Shown: positions 45,145 through 55,296 of the stretch, piece by piece
How positions within the stretch are numbered: the stretch's first letter is position 1
Layout of the letters: every line of letters begins with the position of its first letter
Virus record (IMG/VR): IMGVR_UViG_3300049847_000494
Span: 68,977-132,976 of that record
Length of the DNA: 64,000 nucleotides
DNA from: a virus
Strand: one strand, 5' to 3'
Made by a program: the position numbers and the translations under genes
Notes under the pieces: model-generated
Database searches by the model: none
What the model saw: only the letters and a program-made list of their open reading frames with translations
What the model was told of the DNA's origin: nothing

Positions 45145-46946
45145 TAGTTGTAGAATCTACAGTCAAAGCAGAAACACTAAAAAGTGTACTAAGTACAGAT
45201 TCGAAAATAGACTGGCGTTTTTACGTATTTGAAGATGAATTAACTATTGGAAAGAAACTAGTAGAAGGGTCCTATGTTGTAACATCAACAATGGACGATA
45301 CTAGCTATAATTTTAAAATAGAAATTAGTGGTGTAGAAAATATATGGATAGCTACAAATCCAGATGCAGAGGGTGAAGCTATTGCTTCGATTATAAACAA
45401 AAAAGCATTACGATATTCTGAAGCTCGTGTAAGAAGAGTTCAACTTAAAGAACTAACTGAAGAACATATAAGATTAGCCTTTACCACAGCTGAGCTCGTA
45501 GATGCTAATTTGGCGGATAGTTGGTGGACACGTAATCATATCTATCAATGGCAAGCTACTAAATTAGCTATGGGTATAGGTAATATATTAGCTTGTTCTA
45601 AAGTACAAAGGGATCATTTATATACAAACCCTGTGGGATTATTACTACTCTCTCTTATAGAGAAAAAAGAGAAAGAGATCCAAAATTTTACAGTAAATAC
45701 AACTTATAAAGTCGTATTACCTATATGTAAAAATACAGCTTTAGCATGTTCTTTAGGGTTTACATTACAAGAAGATGCACAAAAGCATCTAGAGAAATTA
45801 CGTGATGCTATCGATGAAAAAAAGATTGAAGCTAATTATAGTGAAGAAAAGTATCCGTTCAAAATACCTGCACCTTATACAACCCATACAGCATTAAATA
45901 ATTTATGTAAAGAATATAAGTTAACACCTAATAAGATCTTAAAGTACATGAAAGATCTTTACGAATTAGGCTATATAACATTCTATAAGACAAACCGAAA
46001 ATCTCTAAATCGTAAATTTGCAGAATACTTATGGAAAAATGCCAGAGCGCAAGGTTTACTTGTATTAGATAAACCAAAAAACTATTCTGAGTATAATAAA
46101 AATGGAGAGTTCATTAGACCTACTTCCTATTCAGAAGATCTGCCCATAACACTAAAAACACAAGCTATATACAGTAATATATTCAGTAGGGTAAAAAATA
46201 CACAGCTAAAACCAGCAAGTTTAATAAAGCAAAAAGTTGTCTATACCTTGGATAATGGTCAAGAAATTTTAGCAGAAGCTTTTGGTATAGCTTTAGAGAA
46301 AGCTGGAGTACACGACTTAGCAGAGACTCAACAACAGATCAATGAAGGTTTTATCAAAAGATTTGGTGAACCTTATATCACAAATGAAAATACAATACCA
46401 CCACAAAGGTGGAATAAAGCTACACTTTATAGCTGGATGACCACATATAATATAACCCATATCAATCTATATGAAAATATACTAAATAATATTATTGATA
46501 ATAACTACGTTAGTTTAGATGAAGATAGTAATTTCCATCTAACAGAAAAAGGCGATATTATCATTACAACTCTTCGAGATTTAGGTACAGAGGTTGAAGA
46601 TTATTTATTCTTTAGCCAATTAGAAGAAGACCTACAAGATTTAGCTGAAGGTAATAAAACTGTAATAGATATAGAAAACGATTATGGTGAAACTGGTTAT
46701 GAGGTATTGCGTAATATAGGATCAGAAGCTAGTAATTTAAGATTTATACCTAAAACTTGTTTAAAATGCAAAAAAGTAAAATGTACTACACAAGTACTTA
46801 CTCAAAGTATTGGTAAATATTGTATGAAATGTCATACACATTATAAACTTGTAATGGATCCAACAGGTGAAATTATACTCGTAGAAATGTCCCTAGATCC
46901 TAAGGATCTTGAGAACCTAAACCAAGAAGATGAAGACGAACCTTAA
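45105..46946 (+). CDS. DNA topoisomerase IA homolog, predicted catalytically inactive
   Basis: LVVVES..KA, ATNPDAEGEAIA, LYELGYITFYKTN, EFIRPT, LTEKG and a C-terminal Zn ribbon; the catalytic Tyr position is Phe. Confidence 0.8.
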   Translation: MLHSTSTKKRKNLVVVESTVKAETLKSVLSTDSKIDWRFYVFEDELTIGKKLVEGSYVVTSTMDDTSYNFKIEISGVENIWIATNPDAEGEAIASIINKKALRYSEARVRRVQLKELTEEHIRLAFTTAELVDANLADSWWTRNHIYQWQATKLAMGIGNILACSKVQRDHLYTNPVGLLLLSLIEKKEKEIQNFTVNTTYKVVLPICKNTALACSLGFTLQEDAQKHLEKLRDAIDEKKIEANYSEEKYPFKIPAPYTTHTALNNLCKEYKLTPNKILKYMKDLYELGYITFYKTNRKSLNRKFAEYLWKNARAQGLLVLDKPKNYSEYNKNGEFIRPTSYSEDLPITLKTQAIYSNIFSRVKNTQLKPASLIKQKVVYTLDNGQEILAEAFGIALEKAGVHDLAETQQQINEGFIKRFGEPYITNENTIPPQRWNKATLYSWMTTYNITHINLYENILNNIIDNNYVSLDEDSNFHLTEKGDIIITTLRDLGTEVEDYLFFSQLEEDLQDLAEGNKTVIDIENDYGETGYEVLRNIGSEASNLRFIPKTCLKCKKVKCTTQVLTQSIGKYCMKCHTHYKLVMDPTGEIILVEMSLDPKDLENLNQEDEDEP

Positions 46947-47000
46947 TATCCTCCCCGCCCTACAGCTACACTGAAAGGACGGGGTTTTACGCTAAAGAAG
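46943..47000 (-). mobile_element. 58-bp miniature IS200/IS605 derivative (PATE-like)
   Basis: 46975-47005 is identical to 55271-55301 (left end plus TAM); the other end ATCCTCCCCG matches the right end at 54127-54136. Confidence 0.8.
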
Positions 47001-47016
47001 ATAAAAGGAAGAATCC

Positions 47017-48255
47017 ATGGCTAAAAAAGAAAAAGAAAAAACCAGTAACTTTATTGCAATCAATCCAGTTGAGCTAGCTGCTGCTGCTGCAGAAATAGGC
47101 AAAAGTCTAGACAATCCACCAGTTAACTTAGATAGAGGTAAGTACGTAACAGGAACTATTAGCTTTGGCTCCTTGTGCTTAGATTTACTTACAGGCGGCG
47201 GTGTACCTCCAGGTAAAATAGTAGATATGTTTGGTCCTGAAGGTGCAGGTAAGAGCACCTTTTCTTACCATTGTATTGGTAATGCTATGAGGGAAAGTTA
47301 CCCAGGTGCGGGTGATGCTATACCTACCTTTGTGTTTGACCATGAAGCTGGTGCTGATGGTAAGTACTTAGGTGCTGTAGGTGTTAAAATTAGGTTAGCT
47401 AATGGAGATAAGAATCCTCTATTTAACTATCATCAACCTACTACAGGTGAATCTACTTACAGGTTTTTAAATAGATTATTGGATAAGCTACCTGATTATG
47501 TTGCTATGGATGAAGGACGACCAAGAGCTACTGTATTATTCGTTATAGACTCATTAGCAGCCATGTTACCAGAAGATATCCATGCAGCAGACGACAAGAA
47601 CCCTATGGGTGTTAGTGCAAAGCTACATGGTGAGGGTATGCAAATGATCAAAGCTAAGCTTGGGCGGAAGAACTGTACTCTTATTTGTACTAATCAAATT
47701 AGAGAAAAACCAAATTCAATGTACGGTAACCCAGAATATGAACCTGGCGGGCAGGCTGTTAAGTTTTATCCTGACCTAAAAATTAGGATTCAAGGCGTAG
47801 GTAAACCATGGACCGAACGTAATCGTCAAATGCGCTATATCAGCGTAAGGACGATTAAAAATAAGCAGTTTGTGCCCTTTTTAGAGTTAAAAGAAACGAT
47901 TGCTATTGCCCATGGTCATGGCGTCGAACGTGGTTATGATAGTTTAGGGTTTCTAACCATGACAAATCAGGTTACTGTTGCTCATGGTGGTAACTATAGG
48001 CTAAAGTTGCCAGGTACACCTTGGCATGAACAAAACTTCAAAAAAGAAGGTTTGATGGAGTTAGGGCATAAAAATGTATTTAGATCTTATTTAAGGTCTC
48101 AAATTGATTCCGGTGAAGCCTTTGACCTTTATTTTGCTTCCCAAAACTGGGAGACTATGTACAAGGCTGATGAAGAAGACGCTGGAACGGGTTATGCCAA
48201 CAAAGATCTAGATATCCCAGAAGATATAAATGAAACTACTGCCACCTTAGATTAA
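47017..48255 (+). CDS. recA: RecA recombinase
   Basis: LDLLTGGGVPPGKIV, GPEGAGKST, IDSLAA, TNQIR, PGGQAVKFY. Confidence 0.93.
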   Translation: MAKKEKEKTSNFIAINPVELAAAAAEIGKSLDNPPVNLDRGKYVTGTISFGSLCLDLLTGGGVPPGKIVDMFGPEGAGKSTFSYHCIGNAMRESYPGAGDAIPTFVFDHEAGADGKYLGAVGVKIRLANGDKNPLFNYHQPTTGESTYRFLNRLLDKLPDYVAMDEGRPRATVLFVIDSLAAMLPEDIHAADDKNPMGVSAKLHGEGMQMIKAKLGRKNCTLICTNQIREKPNSMYGNPEYEPGGQAVKFYPDLKIRIQGVGKPWTERNRQMRYISVRTIKNKQFVPFLELKETIAIAHGHGVERGYDSLGFLTMTNQVTVAHGGNYRLKLPGTPWHEQNFKKEGLMELGHKNVFRSYLRSQIDSGEAFDLYFASQNWETMYKADEEDAGTGYANKDLDIPEDINETTATLD

Positions 48256-48257
48256 TG

Positions 48258-48304
48258 TTGACCATCATTAAGCGTAGCTGTAGGACGGTTTTAAGCTAAA
48301 GAGG
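48258..48304 (-). mobile_element. Degenerate 47-bp miniature IS200/IS605 derivative
   Basis: TTGAC at one end and AGGACGG-TTTTAAGCTAAAGAGG|ATAA at the other; internal AGCGTAGCTG is the reverse complement of CAGCTACGCT in the left end. Confidence 0.6.
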
Positions 48305-48314
48305 ATAATTAGTC

Positions 48315-48830
48315 ATGTCTCTTATTATTGTAGATTTTGAAGGAACTATATCAGATGATAGGGAGCGATTACATTATCTACAAGTTGACATGACTAAATA
48401 CTACAATAATATATTATATGACCCTATAAATACTGTTTGTAAAGAATTATTGTTAGATATAACAGAGTTAGAGAAAGAAAACGATCCGCTATTCGTGTAT
48501 GTAACCACATATCCGAGATATTATCAAGTTGATGATAAAAGACAAATAGATATCGGTATTAAAATACGAAACTGGTTAGATAAGAACAAACTTACTATTA
48601 CAAATATAGTAGCTAAACCACGGAAAGTCGATCATTCTAACTATGTTGAAGACAAACTAAGGAGAATTTCTAAAATAGTAATGGAACATATTGAAGAAAG
48701 ACAAATCTACTATTTAGAAAATGACTTGAATGTAGCTATTAGAGCTAAAGCTAAGTTCCCTACGGCACATATTTATCACGTAGATTATGATGATTTTAAT
48801 TTACTTAAAATTGATAATATAAAGAAATAA
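48315..48830 (+). CDS. HAD-like (PNK phosphatase-type) protein, degenerate
   Basis: IIVDFEGTISD.RERLHYL; the second Asp of DxD is Glu; YLEND. Confidence 0.55.
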   Translation: MSLIIVDFEGTISDDRERLHYLQVDMTKYYNNILYDPINTVCKELLLDITELEKENDPLFVYVTTYPRYYQVDDKRQIDIGIKIRNWLDKNKLTITNIVAKPRKVDHSNYVEDKLRRISKIVMEHIEERQIYYLENDLNVAIRAKAKFPTAHIYHVDYDDFNLLKIDNIKK

Positions 48831-48835
48831 CTATT

Positions 48836-49381
48836 ATGACAAAAACAAGTCAAATACTGGATATGTCAGGCAAGCCTATCAAATATGGCAATTACGATCC
48901 TAATATAATTAGTGTGGATGATAGCCCTAAGTTTGAAATGCGCCAACCTTCTGATTACCCAGAAGTACCAAATGAAGTTAAAAAATCAGAAATACAATAT
49001 ATACTACCTATGGCTAACTTTATAGCTCAATCATTAGGTATTAGTATAATTGAAGAAAAATCTTATGAAAAAGTATTAGAGCAGCTTAAACAAAGAAGCT
49101 TGTTTGTAATTATGAATTTAGCAGGTGTTAAAATAAACCAAGGTGTAGCTGAATGGTTTGGTTTAATACTGATGTGTAAGAAACATGCTGTGACTATGGT
49201 TAAGTTTAAACTACAATTAAGTACAGGTAAAATAGGCATATCTCAATGCCGTATATGGCAAACAGCACTTCAAAAATACATAATACTTGGTGATAGTACA
49301 GGCAAAAAACTATTAAATAGAGAAGAAACAGCAAGTCAGATCCTCAATTATTTGAAAATTGAGGGTATTTGTAATGTGTAA
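48836..49381 (+). CDS. Hypothetical protein
   Basis: 181-aa ORF. Confidence 0.5.
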   Translation: MTKTSQILDMSGKPIKYGNYDPNIISVDDSPKFEMRQPSDYPEVPNEVKKSEIQYILPMANFIAQSLGISIIEEKSYEKVLEQLKQRSLFVIMNLAGVKINQGVAEWFGLILMCKKHAVTMVKFKLQLSTGKIGISQCRIWQTALQKYIILGDSTGKKLLNREETASQILNYLKIEGICNV

Positions 49382-49395
49382 AAAGAAAGCAAAAA

Positions 49396-50436
49396 ATGCG
49401 CTTTGTTCATAGTAGTGATTGGCACATTGGATCAAGTAAGTTTTTACCAGACTACTTAGATCGACAAAGTAAAGTTATAGATGCTATCTTTACAAAAGCT
49501 AAAGATCTAGGTATTAATACAGTATGTATTGCTGGTGATGTGTTTGAAACTGAAAACCCGTTACCAGAAGAGCGTGATTTAATACAGAAAAAAATCGTTG
49601 CTTATGACCAAGCAGGATTTAATATACTGGTTATACCAGGTAACCATGATATGTCCAACATGTCAGGTTACACTGCAATACACTATTTAGCTTTATTACA
49701 TACTCAAGACAAATTTATCAATTCTACAGTAACTGAAAAAACATGTTATCGGCTTATTGATGATACTGTATTTATATTATTATGCCATACACCAAGGCAA
49801 TTTAAACGTGATATAATTAATGCAGTAAATGAATTACGTGAAGCTTCTATTAAAGTATCCTATAAAAACATTGTCATTATAGCACATGAAACTATTAAAG
49901 GTTCTATTAGTGATACTAACTGGCGCATGAAGTCAGGGGCAGAAGTCCCTACATTAGATTATGGCGAAGTACTGGATGATGTACCCGTAACCTACTGTGC
50001 TTTAGGTGACTTACATATTAAGCAGCAAGTAGCACCTAAAACTTTCTACTGTGGTGCACCACTACAAATAAAGTTCGGCGATCAACACCCAAAAGGTATC
50101 CTTATAGTTGATACAGATGATCCCAATAACCCTGTATTTGAACCTATTGAATCTACTGCTCTTGTTCGTGTAACAAGTCTGGAAGATATACCTGAAAACT
50201 GTCATGTTAAACTTGTAACGGATAAAATCAATTCATTAGGTTTAGATCTACCAGATAACGTAATGAAGTTAGAGTACAGGAAAAATGAAAAAGATGACAG
50301 CATTTTAGATATAAACCAAGATCTAAATATCATTTTATTAGAGGAAGTAACTAAAAAGTTTGAGGGTGAAGATCTGTCTATTGCTAAAAGAGAAATTGAC
50401 GAATTACTTAGTCTACTACCACAAGCTGAAATATGA
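49396..50436 (+). CDS. sbcD: SbcD/Mre11-like nuclease
   Basis: SDWHIG, AGDVF, PGNHD, AHE, LGDLH. Confidence 0.9.
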   Translation: MRFVHSSDWHIGSSKFLPDYLDRQSKVIDAIFTKAKDLGINTVCIAGDVFETENPLPEERDLIQKKIVAYDQAGFNILVIPGNHDMSNMSGYTAIHYLALLHTQDKFINSTVTEKTCYRLIDDTVFILLCHTPRQFKRDIINAVNELREASIKVSYKNIVIIAHETIKGSISDTNWRMKSGAEVPTLDYGEVLDDVPVTYCALGDLHIKQQVAPKTFYCGAPLQIKFGDQHPKGILIVDTDDPNNPVFEPIESTALVRVTSLEDIPENCHVKLVTDKINSLGLDLPDNVMKLEYRKNEKDDSILDINQDLNIILLEEVTKKFEGEDLSIAKREIDELLSLLPQAEI

Positions 50437-52736
50437 GCAAGATAATCTATAAAAATTTCTCAGTACTAAATGGTGGCTGTATAAGCCAAGCTACGATGCC
50501 GTTAGAAAACCAAGGTTTAGTACTTATACAGGGCGTCAATAAGGACGAAGGAGGGTCTAATGGCTCAGGTAAAAGCACCTTATTTGACCTATTAGCTAAT
50601 ACGTGTACAGGTAGAACAGGTAAGATGTCAGGTAGTAAATACCTAAAAAAGAACGATCTACTGAATATAAAAAACCCTAAGAACTTCCATACACAGCTGG
50701 TTTTTCAAAAAGGTAGTTCAGAATACATCATAAATAATTACCGTGCTCATGATGAGCATAAGACAGGTATTGAGATAATAGTAGATGGTATAGATGAAAC
50801 ACCTACTATTGGTATCGATAAAGTACAAGCTAAAGTAAGTACAATATTAGGATTAACACCTGATGAGTTTTACGGTCAAATATACTTAAGCCAGCAATAT
50901 ACCCATGCCTTAGTACATGGTACACCAAGTGAAAAGAGCAAGTACCTCTCATTATATTTTGGTCTGGATTCAATCAACTTACTAACTACTTTGACAAAGA
51001 AAAGAGTTGAAAGTATAGTAATACCAAATGAACGAGAACTTATTGACTTAAAGGATAGCGTACAACAACAGCTAGATTCTATTAGTGATGAAGCTTCAAT
51101 GCTGTCAAAGCTACAAATAATAGATAAAGACCGAAAAGAATCTCAAGCACGGGTACTTGAACTACGGTTCATTATTGAAAACCAAAATAAAGCTAAAATA
51201 GTAGAGGAACAAAGTAAAGAGTGGGAAAGCAAGTTAGCTAAAATGAACCTGACTTTTACTGTCCCAGAGCTGAAAAAGCAGGAAGCTATTGTAGCAGGAA
51301 TAGTAGAAATATACACAACTGACCTACGTCGGATGATAGAACTTGAAAAAGTTGAGCTTGAATTAAGTAACTTAGGTGTAGCTGCAGATACCTCTTATCA
51401 AGAGGTACGTAAGGAAATTGAAATACAAGAAGCCGCTATACAAGCTAAAAGTGAAGAGCTTGTTAAACTAGAAAGAAGAAAAGTCCTTGAAAATGAATTC
51501 AACAGTTTACCTAAGTCTGATAAAGACTGGAAGACATTAAGTTTAGAGTTAAGTCAAAAAGAAAAAGAAATTAAAGTTTACCAAAAAAATTTAAATACGC
51601 TAAAAGTAGAAATAGACAAGCTTTCCTTTAAAGGCAAGGAATGCCCTACGTGCCTACGACCTATCGCTGAAGAGGAACATCAAAACCTACTTAGTAGTAG
51701 GGAACATAAGCATACAAACTTACAACCGATAGTAGATGAATTACTAAAGGATATTGAAGATGTAAAGCTTCTAACTAATGCCAAAGAAAAGCAGCTTTTA
51801 ATTGAAGCCGATTTAACTGATTTACCAGAAGGCGATCCGAACAGGACTAAATTAGAAATACAATCTACAAAAACCACTAAGCAAAAGCTACAGCTTCTAG
51901 CTGATAGCCTCGTGAGAAGTTCCAGTTTACAAGATAGAGCCTTGCGTTTAAGGCAAGAAGATGCTAACTTAGGTAAAACACAGGAAGAGCTAAGAGATAG
52001 CCTGAATAACCTGAATAATAAACTTACTGTTATAAAAACAGCTAAGGAGTGGTTACTAAGTAATGGTCAGGTAAAGTTTGATATGGTAGCTTTGGGGTTA
52101 GCAACCGAGGAGATACAGCTTAGAGAAGAGCAACTATCAAACTTAATCGAGGAAAGTTTAAGATTAAATAAGTCTCTTACAATAAGAAATCAGTTAAACA
52201 AGCAACTTGCTGATGTTAACGCTATTCTTTCTAGAAATAGCATTGAGAAGAATAGAAAGCGAATATTGGAGGTTATCAATGTAACCGTAGCTGATATCAG
52301 GAAACAAAAGTTAAAACAAGCAACTGAAGCTCTATCATCAATATTACCATATTATATCAAACAGTTGTTCCCTCAAGGGGATGTTCGTGTTTCTACACCT
52401 GATAATGGATCAGATTTTGATCTATTTTTAGATAAAGGCAATCAACAGATTTCCTTATATGCAGCCAGTGGTGGTCAGGCGAAGCGCGTAGTATTAGCTA
52501 TATTCTTTGCTTTCTCTCAGATAGGATCTAAAGGTAGTAATATACTTTTAGGTGATGAGATATTCAAGGATTTAGACCCACGAGGGAGAGAAGCTACTTA
52601 TGATATAATAAGGGACCTTAAAATCCCTAGTATATTCATAACCTCTCATGATAATGATTTAGATCAAAAGAACAGATACGATCAGGTATGGCGTGTAGTA
52701 ATGGAAAACGATACTTCTGTTCTTGAAATAGATTAG
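50433..52736 (+). CDS. sbcC: SbcC/Rad50-like ATPase
   Basis: GSNGSGKST, Q-loop, CPTC hook, SGGQ, LLGDE, ITSH. Confidence 0.9.
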   Translation: MSKIIYKNFSVLNGGCISQATMPLENQGLVLIQGVNKDEGGSNGSGKSTLFDLLANTCTGRTGKMSGSKYLKKNDLLNIKNPKNFHTQLVFQKGSSEYIINNYRAHDEHKTGIEIIVDGIDETPTIGIDKVQAKVSTILGLTPDEFYGQIYLSQQYTHALVHGTPSEKSKYLSLYFGLDSINLLTTLTKKRVESIVIPNERELIDLKDSVQQQLDSISDEASMLSKLQIIDKDRKESQARVLELRFIIENQNKAKIVEEQSKEWESKLAKMNLTFTVPELKKQEAIVAGIVEIYTTDLRRMIELEKVELELSNLGVAADTSYQEVRKEIEIQEAAIQAKSEELVKLERRKVLENEFNSLPKSDKDWKTLSLELSQKEKEIKVYQKNLNTLKVEIDKLSFKGKECPTCLRPIAEEEHQNLLSSREHKHTNLQPIVDELLKDIEDVKLLTNAKEKQLLIEADLTDLPEGDPNRTKLEIQSTKTTKQKLQLLADSLVRSSSLQDRALRLRQEDANLGKTQEELRDSLNNLNNKLTVIKTAKEWLLSNGQVKFDMVALGLATEEIQLREEQLSNLIEESLRLNKSLTIRNQLNKQLADVNAILSRNSIEKNRKRILEVINVTVADIRKQKLKQATEALSSILPYYIKQLFPQGDVRVSTPDNGSDFDLFLDKGNQQISLYAASGGQAKRVVLAIFFAFSQIGSKGSNILLGDEIFKDLDPRGREATYDIIRDLKIPSIFITSHDNDLDQKNRYDQVWRVVMENDTSVLEID

Positions 52737-52763
52737 GTTAACCAACAAATAAGAAAGTAGTTT

Positions 52764-53609
52764 ATGTCGAAACTAATAGGATTAGCCTTTACTTCTCCTG
52801 GAGTAGCCTTTATAGCTATAGACAGGTCAAAATATAAGGTTTACTACCATGAACAATCAAATCTAACTGATTTTAGGCTCTTTCTAGATAAGAAAGATAA
52901 TAGAGAACCTGTAGTTTTTCTAAATAATGTGAGAGACCTAATTGAATTAGAGAAAATAGCAGATAATAGTGTTAAAAACTATGTCCTATTTGAGGATCCT
53001 AAAGTTTTATCTAATATAGAAGGTGCTATTTTACCTGATTTTAAGCAAGACGTTGTTTTAGATTGGGTCAAAATACAAATTACTCAAGATGACTTCAATA
53101 AATTATTAGAAGATAGCGTGTATAATAATAGCTTTAATGTTACAGATAAAGCTATTATATCAAGTAACTTGAATACTTCACCGATTACCTTTTTAGAGCT
53201 TGTACAAGCTGTAAAAGGCTTCTATATTGAACAAAACAAAGATAGCACAGATTTCATAAATCTTGCTTGCAAGTACGTTACAAAACTGATAAGTAAGAAA
53301 TCATGGGTTTCCTTAGCAAGGAAACCCGCTTTAGCCGCAGGTATTCCTATAAAGGCTATAGCGGAGATAGAAAAAAGTATTGAAACAAGTAAGTTAGCGG
53401 ATGAGATTTGGCGTGCTTTTTATGAGTATAGTATTACAGGTACACTTATAAAAGATTTAGTCAAAAAATATGTAGTTACAGAAGATGATATACATTTCAT
53501 AATAACTGCGTTACAAGCGGAACCTAGCGGAAACTTAGAATTTACAGCAACCCCAGGTTCTTCAAAAAGAAAAAAGACAAAAGCCAGTATAAAACAGGAG
53601 AAAACATGA
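52764..53609 (+). CDS. Hypothetical protein
   Basis: 281-aa ORF. Confidence 0.5.
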   Translation: MSKLIGLAFTSPGVAFIAIDRSKYKVYYHEQSNLTDFRLFLDKKDNREPVVFLNNVRDLIELEKIADNSVKNYVLFEDPKVLSNIEGAILPDFKQDVVLDWVKIQITQDDFNKLLEDSVYNNSFNVTDKAIISSNLNTSPITFLELVQAVKGFYIEQNKDSTDFINLACKYVTKLISKKSWVSLARKPALAAGIPIKAIAEIEKSIETSKLADEIWRAFYEYSITGTLIKDLVKKYVVTEDDIHFIITALQAEPSGNLEFTATPGSSKRKKTKASIKQEKT

Positions 53610-53809
53610 GTAGTTGTTGTAGAGGTAAAGATGTAGACCCTAACATAGCTTTTTTTGATGCTATTGACAAAGCAACATACGCTATAAATAACAGGTCTGC
53701 CTTAGCATTTGTAGAAGACGTTACAAGTAATGTAAGATGGAATAAACTATCAAATCTAATGAAAGCACTCAAAAATATCGAGCTACTTACAGAGAAAGAA
53801 TTTAATTGA
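53606..53809 (+). CDS. Hypothetical protein
   Basis: AGGAG RBS; ATGA overlap. Confidence 0.5.
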   Translation: MSSCCRGKDVDPNIAFFDAIDKATYAINNRSALAFVEDVTSNVRWNKLSNLMKALKNIELLTEKEFN

Positions 53810-53810
53810 A

Positions 53811-54125
53811 ATGCAGAATAACTTTATTGAAGCTACTCAAAACAAGACACCTGAATATCTAAAGTTTAGAAAAGAACTTTTTGAAACAACCATCTTAGAT
53901 ATGGTTGAACATATTTGTGAAGAGCTAATTAATCATGATAAGTTGGTAGTAGCATATAACGTAGATGATAAAAAAGCTTCAATCACGATAAAAGTCCCTA
54001 AGAAAAACATACGCGATATAGTAGGAAAAAGAAGCGAAACACTTATAGCTATTAAAAAATTAGCTTTCAGTGTAGCTAACAAGCACGATTTTTATCTCAC
54101 TATCCGACTAGAAGAACTTTGTTGA
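53811..54125 (+). CDS. KhpA-like KH-domain RNA-binding protein
   Basis: L...D.L.V...I.V...IRDIVGKRSETLIAI pattern; the GxxG loop is degenerate (GKRS). Confidence 0.65.
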   Translation: MQNNFIEATQNKTPEYLKFRKELFETTILDMVEHICEELINHDKLVVAYNVDDKKASITIKVPKKNIRDIVGKRSETLIAIKKLAFSVANKHDFYLTIRLEELC

Positions 54126-55296
54126 CATCCTCCCCGTCCTTTAGGGTGGGGATTCCTAGATCACTTTAGATCTAGCGTTTGATGCCCCAAACGGAGAATG
54201 TTTATTGCAGCATTAGTATCCCGATCATGGTGCCGGTTACAAATACTACAAACCCACTCTCTTATCCCCAAACCTTCTAGCCCTCTCGGACCACCTATTG
54301 TTAAACAATAGGAACAGGTTTGAGTTGTGAGGTGTTCACTTACCTCTTTATAAGTTCCTGAATGCCTAATGGCTTTATATTTCAAGAACGTCTTAATCAT
54401 ACCCCAGCCCGAATCATTAACAGACTTAGCCATCTTAGTTTTAATTAGCTTCTTACTACTTACATCACCTACAAATATATCTCGGTAGTTTTTAGTTATT
54501 TCAGTAGTAAGCTTATGACAAGCATCTAACCTGGAGTTCCTGATTTTAGCATGGATAGCTTTAACAGCTTTCCTCTTTTTATCTTTTTGAGCAAGAGCTA
54601 GTTTTCTTTGATGTTTTTGATAGAATTTTCCGTTATTATACTTTTTACCCTGGGATGTTGTAGCTAATGTCTTTAAACCTAAATCAATACCTACACTGGT
54701 ACCTTCAGGAGCGGGTTTTAGAGGGTCTACCTCACATACAAAGTTAACATACCACCTACCTCTTGCATCTCTACCAAAAGATCCAGTTTTAATTTTACCT
54801 GGTAACTTCCGGCTATTCCAGTACTTAATTGTTTTACCACAATACTTTAAGGTAGCATCACTTATTACCTTAATAGCTGCACCTTTAAATGGTAACCAAG
54901 GTAAAGACTTTTTACCACGGTATCTTAGCTTAATCTTCTTAGCTTTGTTTCTTTTGTTAGCATAGTCTTCACAAACAGCTTGTATTGAGGTAGAAGCTAT
55001 TTTAAGCTCTTTAGAAGTACCTGCTGTAAGATTATTTAAGTCGAAGCCAGATAACCATTTACCATCTCTTTTAATAGCATTAAAAGCAGTATTATTACAA
55101 TAGTTCCATACATAATTAACAGCACCTGAAGCTTGTTCTAACCAAGCCACACCTGACGAATCCTTAATCCGATAATGAAAAGTTTGTAGTATCATGTTAA
55201 ACCTAATTTACAAGAAAAGATGTAAAATGAAGAAAGAAAAGCTTGCATCCACGCCCTGCAGCTACGCTGGAAGGACGGGGTTTTACGCTAAAGAAG
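54122..55296 (-). mobile_element. tnpB-only IS200/IS605 (IS1341-like) element
   Basis: The right end has hairpin CCCCACCCTAAAGGACGGGG and a terminal TCAA. The left end has a hairpin and is preceded by TTTAT. No tnpA in the window. Confidence 0.85.
54161..55195 (-). CDS. tnpB: RNA-guided endonuclease TnpB (rearranged RuvC-II)
   Basis: VGIDLGLK, IFVGD, VSEHLTTQTCSYC, CSIC, DRDTNAAINI. Confidence 0.93.
   Translation of the reverse strand: MILQTFHYRIKDSSGVAWLEQASGAVNYVWNYCNNTAFNAIKRDGKWLSGFDLNNLTAGTSKELKIASTSIQAVCEDYANKRNKAKKIKLRYRGKKSLPWLPFKGAAIKVISDATLKYCGKTIKYWNSRKLPGKIKTGSFGRDARGRWYVNFVCEVDPLKPAPEGTSVGIDLGLKTLATTSQGKKYNNGKFYQKHQRKLALAQKDKKRKAVKAIHAKIRNSRLDACHKLTTEITKNYRDIFVGDVSSKKLIKTKMAKSVNDSGWGMIKTFLKYKAIRHSGTYKEVSEHLTTQTCSYCLTIGGPRGLEGLGIREWVCSICNRHHDRDTNAAINILRLGHQTLDLK

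Noticed and set aside
46943-48304. Mini-elements as stand-alone TnpB guide RNA loci
   Set aside because: At 47-58 bp they lack the scaffold portion that normally overlaps the tnpB 3' end, so there is no support from sequence alone.
54122-54150. TTGACA as a sigma70 -35 box
   Set aside because: It is the reverse complement of the IS right end (TGTCAA) and has no convincing -10 box at 17 bp.
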